In this document: in pieces, positions 48,601 to 64,000 of the stretch
Position numbering within the stretch: position 1 is the first letter of the stretch
Layout: the number at the start of each line of letters is the position of its first letter
Source of the DNA: Eledone cirrhosa
Lineage: Eukaryota
Length of the DNA stretch: 64,000 nucleotides
Direction of reading: 5' to 3'
Assembly (NCBI GenBank): GCA_964016885.1
Contig: OZ024742.1
Span: forward strand, 287,804,001-287,868,000
Program-made: the position numbers and the translations under genes
The notes under the pieces: model-generated
Database searches by the model: none
What the model saw: the letters and a program-made list of their open reading frames with translations, nothing else
What the model was told of the DNA's origin: nothing

Positions 48601-51365
48601 TAGAGTGTGTGATAAAAAGCAAGGTCACAATACTAATGCTCCCTGTTTATTTTCGCATTATAAATGCCTCAATTGGTAAAATAAAACATATTTGTATAAA
48701 ATAAATTATTTTGAGCCTTGCCTATATCATGGTGATTATAGTGGAAAGTGTGATTATGTTGCATGAAATCATGAAAATGTGAAACCAAATATGACCATAC
48801 AATAATTGTTTATATTATTAATCCATTATATTTAGTAAACCAGCTTTGAATATAAAGGCGTACAAGGAAGAAACAAGTTCAGTTAACTCAGTCATATTCT
48901 TTTCAGAGTTTCTTTTTTGAAATCCGGGACTTGCGACGATGAGCTTCGACTACTTAAACACACTGCTTCCTCCTCATTCTTGGTGATGGCAACAAAATCA
49001 GTTATCAACTTGACTGCTCTCTCCGCGAGATCGTTGACTACCTTGATATTGTGAACAACAGCACAGGCATTTTTATATGACACTTGTGATGACGAAGTTG
49101 CAGGTGACAGCTCAAGCCAAGTATCGTCGAGACCAAGGAGATCGAACAGAAGCCTTGATTTCTTCCCAACTAGATGAGGCAGCTTCGTGGACGACTTCAA
49201 CTCAGGAAATACTGGAGCACCACAGTCGAGAGGCCCAGACGTTTTCGTTTTGACAAGACGTTGGGCTATTTGTTTCTTCTCAGACTCTTGGACCCGACTT
49301 GCAAACAGCGCTAGCGGAATGGCTTCCTCCGTCAGGTACCAAAGATGCCTGCTCAGAGCAGTAGTGGCTGCTTGCGAGAGATCTCTGTCAACCTTACTGT
49401 ACTGTGTCAACTCCATGTAGAATTGAAGGTCATTGGATGGTGCATCAGCACACTTGACTGCTGTCAGCCAGTATCGCACGTAGAACAGAGCATTGAACAA
49501 ACAGATCCGGCGCAACTTTTCCATTTTAGCTTGATCGTAATTGAGTCGCTCATCAAATGTATACATCTTTGCACTATAGATGATTGTGGACATCCACCGA
49601 GCGTTATGTGTGCACCAGGCAGCATCCAATGAATTCATGAGGAGGGGTGACACCAAGCAAGATCAACATCAACTCGGCACATTCTCGGTAGTCACCTCGT
49701 GGAAGAGAACTCATTTTCCCATCGTCGGATGTCAACAAATCTTGGAGGAACTTGATGTTCTCAGAACACAGACGCTTGAGTCTCCGGTCGACAATGTTCA
49801 AAAGTTGGTCTTGTCCGCGAGTGACACCCAATCTTTTTTGAATTCCTTGAACTCTGGGGTGTCTGGACTGGACATTGCTCCGAATAGTTGTTCCCACACT
49901 GCACACAAGATACGCTCCATGACATGGTGCCGACAAGCAAAATAAAACACCTTTTTGTTGAACATCTCTTCTAATTTCACGCAGGCACCATTTTTCCATC
50001 CAGAATTCGAAGCAGTTGTGTCGAAGACCAAACCCACCACAGACCCATCAACATTCCAATCTTTAACAAGATCAAATGATGCTTTGGCTTCGGTGGTTCC
50101 AGTGCCATCAGGAATTATGGAAACACAGAGGAGTTTACCTTCTCTGAAGTCCGGAGTTTCAGCAACTAGCACACCTAGCCTCTCGTGATCACCAGGAATT
50201 ATTTTGCCATCCCAATGCAAGGTAACAAAGTCTGGTACAGCAATTGTTCCTTTATGTGTTCAGCTCCCACAGTTCTGATCTTCTTAGCTGCACGTCTGTT
50301 ACTATTCTTGGAGAGAGTTGTAGCGTCTATGTCAGTCCCACCCTCAGAAATAATCGATGCCATAAATGCTGTTCTCTGGCCCAGTGTCAGGTTTAAAGGA
50401 TCAGCCATTAGAGAAATTTTTGGACTTTGAATAGGATTCTTTGGGAGTTCCAGCTGGATTTTTCGTTTCTTGTCTGACTTTGAGCTGTCTCTGGGTGGGT
50501 TTGAGGCCTGAAATTCAGGATCCTGTTCATCTTCAGTTTCATCATTGGTTGAACTTGAATCACTCAGTTCATTACGTGGAAGTTGTGCTGCTACAGATCC
50601 TGACAAACGCTTTCTATGGTTCTCTGACTCTCGACGAGCCACAGAAACCTGATCACGCTTAAACTTTGAAGATACCTTTTTCTGGTAACCCTTGTCTTCA
50701 GCACCCAGAGATACTTTTTTCTGGCAAGGCAGGGTTTCGAGAAATGTAGCATCTTCCATTTTCTGTTCATTATTACGAAGACGGTCTTTCAAAATTTTCT
50801 TTTCAGCATCGGTATGTGCAATGTAGAAATACGAATCTAATTCAGAAATAAATAGTGCTTCCTTTTCTTTGATTGACTTAGAACCTTTGTTTTTTTGTAA
50901 ATTTCTGTATTCACTGTACATGTTCATAATTTTCAGTTTCACTTTGTCTTTTCATTGAGTCGTCACACTGGCTTTTTCCACTGACTAACTACTTCCAGCA
51001 CAAGCCTATCCGCAATAGCATCATTGAAGCTCACATGCTTTTCGTGTTTCATCAGACCATCTTTCAGGTAGAAGAAATATCTTAGAACAACCCCCTTTGT
51101 TGGTATTTTGTTTGGTGAAAAGGATGTAACATATTGCCCCAGGAGCCATATTTCTCGATCATCACAACGGAGCAAATAGCTACAACTAGGCCCACTGGTT
51201 TCCGCCATTATTCTGCCAATTTGCAACTATTAGGCAAGGTTTGAATTAGTCTGAAATAATCAAAATTACATTATAAATTGATAATATACAAAATGGCATG
51301 AGAAAATGCATAGGAAGCTAAGAAAAAAACAGTTTGTGTTAAATGTGGGATTCTGGAAAACCCTA
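48601..51365 (-). mobile_element. Decayed hAT-superfamily (hATm-like) DNA transposon
   Basis: Frameshifted transposase pieces across 48892-51226: HWDGK, FDTTASNSG, ACRHH, HNARWM, VVNDLAERAVKL; termini TAGAGT.../...ACCCTA; ATATATAT on both flanks (possible TSD, uninformative in a TA array). Confidence 0.8.
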
Positions 51366-51557
51366 ATATATATATATATTCATATATATATATGTATGTA
51401 TATATGTATATATATACACATATATATATATTTATATATATATATACATATATATATACATACATATATATACATATATATATATATATACATATATATA
51501 CATACATATATATACATATATAGATATATATACATATATATACATACATATATATAC

Positions 51558-51590
<33 letters not shown>

Positions 51591-51652
51591 CATATATATA
51601 CATACATATATATACATATATATATACATATATATATATACATATATATACA

Positions 51653-51684
<32 letters not shown>

Positions 51685-52105
51685 CATATATATAATACAT
51701 ATATATACATATATATATATATATATACATATATATATAATATTATACATATATATATACATATATATACATATATATACATACATATATATACATATAT
51801 ATACATACATATATATACATATATATACATACATATATATACATATATATACATACATATATATACATATATATACATACATATATATACATATATATAC
51901 ATACATATATATACATATATATACATACATATATATACATATATATACATACATATATATACATATATATACATACATATATATACATATATATACATAC
52001 ATATATATATATATATACATACATATATATATATATATACATACATATATATACATATATATACATACATATATATACATATATATACATATATATACAT
52101 ATATA

Positions 52106-52137
<32 letters not shown>

Positions 52138-52181
52138 CATACATATATATACATATATATTACATACATATATATACATAC

Positions 52182-52222
<41 letters not shown>

Positions 52223-52401
52223 TATATACATATATATATATATATACATATATATACATATATATATATATATATACATATATATACATACATATATATA
52301 CATATATATACATATACATATATATATATATATATATATACATATATATACATATATATATATACATATATATATATATACATATATATACATATATATA
52401 C

Positions 52402-52436
<35 letters not shown>

Positions 52437-52469
52437 CATATACATACATATACATATATATATACATAT

Positions 52470-52500
<31 letters not shown>

Positions 52501-52549
52501 TACATATATACATATATATACATATATATATATATATATACATATATAC

Positions 52550-52580
<31 letters not shown>

Positions 52581-52830
52581 CATATATACATATATATACA
52601 TATATAATATATATATATACATATATACATATATATACATATATATATATATACATATATATACATATATATATATATACATATATATATACATATACAT
52701 ATATATACATATATATATATATACATATATATACATATATATATATATACATATATATACATATATATACATATATATACATATATATATATATACATAT
52801 ATATACATATATATATATACATATATATAC

Positions 52831-52863
<33 letters not shown>

Positions 52864-52945
52864 CATATATATACATATATATACATATATATATACATAT
52901 ATATATATATACATATATATACATATATATATATATACATATATA
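51366..52945. repeat. (TA)n/TACA array with 20-bp higher-order units
   Basis: Directly visible. Confidence 0.95.
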
Positions 52946-53301
52946 TTTTTTTTTTTGTTATCTATTTAAGGTTTAAATACGGTGTTTTTGTCGTATTGAA
53001 CAGAACAAATCTTGCAGTTTTGCTTTTTGTTAAATCGCTTGTTAAACATTCATACCTTCCAGCTATCTTAATTCTATCGTATTCGTCCAATTCCTTAATT
53101 CTATCGTATTCTCAAACAAAAAACAAAATCCTTCCCATTCTACTTATAAATTACTTTAAATATATATAGTATGCTACTTGAAAGTCAAAAATCCGCTCCA
53201 CCGCTTCACCCTCCTTGCTACTCCACGAGGGGCTGCGGTCAGCCACAATATCTCTCCCCCTTTCCCCCCTCTCTTTCTTCCCCTCTATCTCTCTCTTAGC
53301 T

Positions 53302-53340
<39 letters not shown>

Positions 53341-53626
53341 AGATAAGTTCTCCTTCATGTTTATTCACTTTCGCCAACCCACCGCTGCTTCAATTATTTC
53401 TATGATGTACTCATGTAAATCGTAAAGTACAAATTCTTCCCTCCATTCCACGCTCAATTTCGTACATAGTCCAAACAAACATCCAATCTCGCAAAATCCG
53501 AAATCTGTATTTTTTTTGTTATCTATTTAAGGTTTAAATACGGTGTTTTTGTCGTATTGAACAGAACAAATCTTGCAGTTTTGCTTTTTGTTAAATCGCT
53601 TGTTAAACATTCATAACCTTCCAGCT
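52946..53626. repeat. ~115-bp direct repeats (about 52949-53065 and 53510-53626) around a 445-bp spacer, upstream of RTE-B
   Basis: TTTTTTTGTTATCTATTTAAGG...CCTTCCAGCTA occurs twice. Confidence 0.85.
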
Positions 53627-53629
53627 AGC

Positions 53630-56600
53630 TACCCCACACCCACCATACTTAATACGTGGACCAATCATAAGCCAGAGCCCCCCCCCCCCCGCATCACCAC
53701 CATTATTATAAGCCAGAGCCCCCCACCCCCACGCATCACCATTATTATTATTACGCGGACCAAATCATAAGCCAGAGGCCTATACTATCGCTTGCCCGGT
53801 TGCCTTCGATATATGATGGATGGATGGACGGACGGACTGCGGAATCCTGGAGAGTGGAAGGGAGAGAAAAATCTGGACGCCCAGAGCGAAAATGCCAAAG
53901 TTAAAGTCAAATTCACCTCGTGGACGAGAATGCGAGCACTCCTCTTTGTTTCGTCCGCGGATGGCTAACATAACCCTATCTCCTCCCGCCCCCCACCACC
54001 CCCACCCTCCAAACGCAACCCAAAACTTCAGAGTTGGTACCATAAATGTAGGCACCCTAAAGGGTCGCGCTAACGAGGTTGTAGAAATGCTTGAACGTAA
54101 GGAGGTCGATGTTTGTTGTATTCAAGAGACCAGGTGGAGGGGTGGGTCTGCTAGATTCATTGAGGGTAAAAAACGATGTTATAAGCTTTTCTGGGTGGGA
54201 AACGACGATGGGCTGGGTGGAGTAGGAATCATGGTAGCAGAAAAGTGGGCAGATAAGATAATAGACGTAAATAGAGTGAACGACAGAATAATTAAAATAA
54301 GACTTGTCCTCAATAGAACTACGGTGACAGTAATATCTGCGTACGCACCCCAATCCGGACTGCCCGGCACTATAAAAGACAGATTCTATGAGACACTGTT
54401 GCTAACTACCTCCCAAATATCTGACAGTGACTATATAATTATTGCAGGCGACCTAAATGGTCACGTTGGACAACATTGTGACGGCTACGACGAAATCCAT
54501 GGAGGCTATGGGTTTGGTACTAGAAATGAGGAAGGCTCCAGAATCCTGGAATACTGTGATGCAAATAACCTAACTATCTGTAACACTAACTTCAAAAAAC
54601 GTGACAATCACCTGATTACCTATAGATCCGGGGAACACACAAGCCAGGTAGATTATATCCTTACCAGAAGACGTGACAGAGTGTCTGTTGTAAACACTAA
54701 ATCCCTCCCCCATGAAGAATGCACCTCCCAACATAGACTGATAATTAGCGACCTCATAGTCAGGACGAGACGTACCCGACAGCAGAAGAGGACTATCCTC
54801 AGGAGGAAAATATGGAAACTAAAGAACCCCACAGCCAGAAATAAATTTCAAAGCATATTACTTGATGCTTTCGACAGTAAGGAAGAGCATCTAGAATCGG
54901 ACAATATAGAGGGACAGTGGAAATTTCTGAAAGCAAACCTGCTGTTGGCGACAGACGAAGTCTGTGGCTGGAGCAGGCCTGTAGGCAGGAGGAGAGTAAC
55001 ATGGTGGTGGAACAATAGGGTGGAGGGGTCAATTAAGGCCAAAAAGCAGGCTTGGAAAGTATGGCGGGATGGGGGAAGTAGAGTAGACTATCAAGTGGCC
55101 AGGAGGGAAGCTAGGAGAGAAGTGTACTTAGCAAGAAGGGAAGCTGAGGAAAGAAAGTTCAAGCATGTTCTACAACGCGATGACCAAAAACGTGAGGTGT
55201 TCAGGATTGCCAGGCAATGCGTCAAGGAAAACCGTGATATTGTCGGGGAGAAGTGTGTACTTAACGATGATGGCATACTTGCCATCACCGACACTGATAA
55301 GAAGGTAGCTTGGAAGTGTCACTATGAAAGGCTACTAAATGAGGAGAATAAATGGGAGAAAGACAGTCTCCCCCATATCGACCCGATAGAGGGACCAGCA
55401 GTGTTAGTCGAGGGGAGTATAATAAGTAAGGCAATCAAGGATATGAAGACTGGTAAGGCGGCTGGGCCTTCGGAAATAGTTGCTGAGATGCTGAAGGCAT
55501 CTGGCACGGTGGGACACACCATGGTCACCCGCATAGTTAACCAAGTCGTACAGAATGGGGTTGTTCCGAAGGACTGGCATAGCAGCATCATCGTTAACTG
55601 TTATAAGGGTAAAGGAGACGCCCTAGATAGGAGTAACTATAGAGGCATTAAATTAATCGACCAGGTCATGAAGGTCACGGAAAAAGTAATAGCGCAACTA
55701 ATCAGAGAGAGAATTGATCTAGATGAAATGCAGTTCGGGTTTGTGTCAGGCAAAAGCACCACAGACGCTCTTTTCATAGTACGACAACTACAGGAGAAGT
55801 ACCTAGCTAAAGGTAAACCCCTCTACTTAGCTTTTGTCGACCTGGAGAAGGCCTTCGACAGAGTCCCCCGCTCCATTATCTGGTGGGCTCTTAGAAAACT
55901 AGGCGTTGACGAATGGCTTGTGAGGGCTATACAAGCCATGTATAAAGAAACAGTCAGCAAGGTTAGAATTAACAACGAATATAGTGAAGAGTTTAGCGTA
56001 TAAGTTGGCGTCCATCAGGGCTCTGTTCTCAGCCCCCTACTATTTATTATTGCCCTTCAGGCTATAACAGAGGAGTTCAAGACAGGCTGCCCATGGGAAC
56101 TCCTATACGCAGACGACCTGACACTCATAGCGGAATCAATGGCCGAGCTAGAGAAGAAATTCCAAACGTGGAAGCACGGCCTAGAGTCAAAAGGACTTAA
56201 AATTAACCTGGCTAAGACCAAAGTTCTAGTTTGTAGGAAAGAAAACAAGGCGGCGGTCCCTTCTGGGAAATGGTCGTGCTCGGTATGTAGGAAAGGCATA
56301 GGTAGAAACTCCATCTTATGTCCTAAATGCAAAGTATGGGTGCATAAAAGATGTAGTGGGATCACAGGTAAGCTAACTAAGAACATAGACTTTACATGTG
56401 GCCGGTGTTCTGGTGCAATAAGTAGCAGCAAGTGCCCACAAAATACTAGCTCTTTCAATTGCGCAGAGGGTTCTATAGAAATAGTGGACAGCTTCTGTTA
56501 CCTGGGCGATAAAATCAGCAGTGGGGGAGGGTGCTCTGAAAGTACTGTAGCTAGAGTCAGAACTGGTTGGAAAAAGTTCAGGGAGCTTATACCACTATTA

Positions 56601-57424
56601 GCTGCTAAAGGGTTCTCCCTAAAAATGAAAGGCAGGTTGTACGATGCCTGCATACGAACAGCAATGTTGCATGGTAGTGAGACCTGGGCATTGTGTGCAG
56701 AGGATATACGCAGACTAGAGAGGAACGAAGCTTGCATGCTCCGCTGGATGTGTAACAGTAATATACGTGAACGGCAAAGCATAAACGAACTAAGGAAAAA
56801 ATTAGAGATAAGAGGGATCAGATGTTGTTTACTCGAGAGAAGGCTGCGTTGGTATGGACACGTGATGCGCATGAAAGTCGATAGCTGTATTACAAAGTGC
56901 AGGGCAATAAAGATAGACGGTAGCCACGGAATAGGCAGACCTAGAAAAACATGGGATGAGCTGATAAACTCCGACCTCACACACTTACACCTCTCCAAGA
57001 CAATGTCACTGGACCGTGACCTTTGGCGGTACTCAGTAACAGAGAAGACCCGCCTTGCCAGTAGGCATCTCTAACAAACTACACCCCGTCCCGCCACCAC
57101 CCCCACCCCATCCACACCACCCCGTTCTATGTAAAGTTATGTTGGTGCCGCGCCATCCAGGCCGAAACAAATGAGATCGTGTAGGTGTCACGACAAAAAA
57201 AAACACAGTCCACGCTGTAATGTGGCCGTGTAGGCAACACGGTAAAAACCTCCCAGACCCACACTGTAAATGTGGTTGGTGTTAGGAAGGGCATCCAACT
57301 GTAGAAAACCTGCCAGACAGTCCTATGTGAGCAAGACAATCACTCTTGCCTCAAGTGGGACTACCCCCGTCCAAACCCATGCAAGCGTGGAACACGGACG
57401 TTAAACGTTGATGATGATGATGAT
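53630..57424 (+). mobile_element. Near full-length RTE family B LINE
   Basis: APE and RT domains, 3' hairpin (CGTCC..CCATGC/GCGTGG..GGACG), (GAT)n tail followed by (TA)n. 5' boundary is approximate. Confidence 0.92.
53820..57074 (+). pseudogene. RTE-B polyprotein (APE endonuclease, RT, PHD-like finger) with one premature stop
   Basis: The ORFs 53820-56003 and 56139-57074 are in the same frame; TAA at 56001-56003 corresponds to AAA (Lys) in the copy at 41616-43282. Confidence 0.9.
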
Positions 57425-57552
57425 ATACACATATATATATATATACATATATATACATATATATATATATACATATATATACATATATATATATATATAC
57501 ATATATATACACATATATATATATACATATATATACATATATATACATATAC

Positions 57553-57593
<41 letters not shown>

Positions 57594-58058
57594 TATATAC
57601 ATATACATATATATATACATATATATATACATATACATATATATATACATATATATATACATATACATATATATACATATATATATATATACATATATAT
57701 ACATATATACATATATATACATATATACATATATATACATATATATACATATATACATACATATATATATATACATATATATACATATATATACATATAT
57801 ACATACATATATATATACATATACATACATATATATATATATACATATATATACATATATATACATATATACATATATATACATATATATATATATACAT
57901 ATATACATATATATACATATATATACATATATATACATATATACATATATACATATATATACATATATACATATATACATATATATACATATATATATAT
58001 ATACATATATATACATATATATATATATACATATATACATATATATACATATATATAC

Positions 58059-58108
<50 letters not shown>
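57425..58108. repeat. (TA)n/TACA array
   Basis: Directly visible. Confidence 0.96.
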
Positions 58109-58713
58109 GGTGGCTGCCAACTCGTTTTCGAGTACGGCCACTACTTTATATCCATGTAGGAGAACCCCTACCGATGCGCTGAACGAGTGTGACTTTTTAG
58201 TCCAGCCAGCGACTTGAAAACTCTGGTACAAACACTACACTTGTGACAATTATTGACACAGTGCTGGGCCCATGGTACCATGTGACGACAAGTGCAGAGA
58301 GATCTCCAGATATAAAGCAATGCCTGTGCCGTGAAGCTTTTATAGTGAGCAAAGGCACTGCACAAAGCCAGTCCCACTCTCTTAACCAAGATGATATTTA
58401 CCAAAAAGAAGAACAAGTCAACATCATTGGATACCATCAGGGTTGCAGGTGTTATATCAGAGTTTTCCTTCTCTTAGAATTCTGCCTTGACAAAGGCTAA
58501 GGGGTCATCTCTCCCAGTGATTTTGGATGGCCATTGACTCTTAAGAGCTCCTTTGCCCTTCGACAGGTTTTGTTTTTAGTCCTGCAGGATGTCCAAAGTC
58601 ACCCTCCTCACCAAGAAACCTTGGTGGGGTTGCCAGTTTAGTCGCCAACGACCCGACCATGAGACAGGTTGTACTGGGATACATGTTACCAGTAGCACCA
58701 AGTGGTGACCTGA
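58109..58713 (-). mobile_element. ~600-bp bipartite non-autonomous RTE (5' UTR fused to the last zinc finger and 3' end)
   Basis: About 58315-58520 aligns with the RTE-A 5' UTR at about 34997-35220; the 3' end matches RTE-A 31059-31090. Confidence 0.85.

Positions 58714-64000
<5,287 letters not shown>

Noticed and set aside
56001-56003. Programmed readthrough or frameshift in RTE-B
   Set aside because: The sister copy has AAA at this codon, so it is a simple nonsense mutation.

Overview
Eukaryotic, extremely AT-rich DNA with no recognisable host gene. Most of the window is one interrupted (TA)n array with TACA variants, split by a 200-N gap at 16989-17188; the Y/I-rich ORFs in the track are artefacts of this array. 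The repeat content resembles octopus genomes (inference only). Nearly every non-repeat island is a mobile element inserted into (TA)n: an intact RTE LINE with three C-terminal C2H2 fingers, a second RTE family with a PHD-like finger inside the RT (two copies), a bipartite non-autonomous RTE derivative (two copies), a CR1/L2-group RT fragment, a decayed hAT-type DNA transposon, and many Penelope-like element (PLE) pieces. Reading the non-coding islands reveals 12 type I hammerhead ribozyme (HHR) motifs in about five sequence families, nearly all with short palindromic stem III, including a U3-A8 core variant. Highlights: (1) a PLE copy with dense, one-directional A-to-G changes, consistent with ADAR-hyperedited RNA written back into the genome; (2) a two-ORF PLE whose AUG-less RT frame is linked to a coiled-coil ORF1 by a U_UUU_UUA -1 slippery site and hairpin; (3) a ~300-bp non-coding HHR element repeated inside (TA)n; (4) window-wide strand polarity of the TA/CA array.
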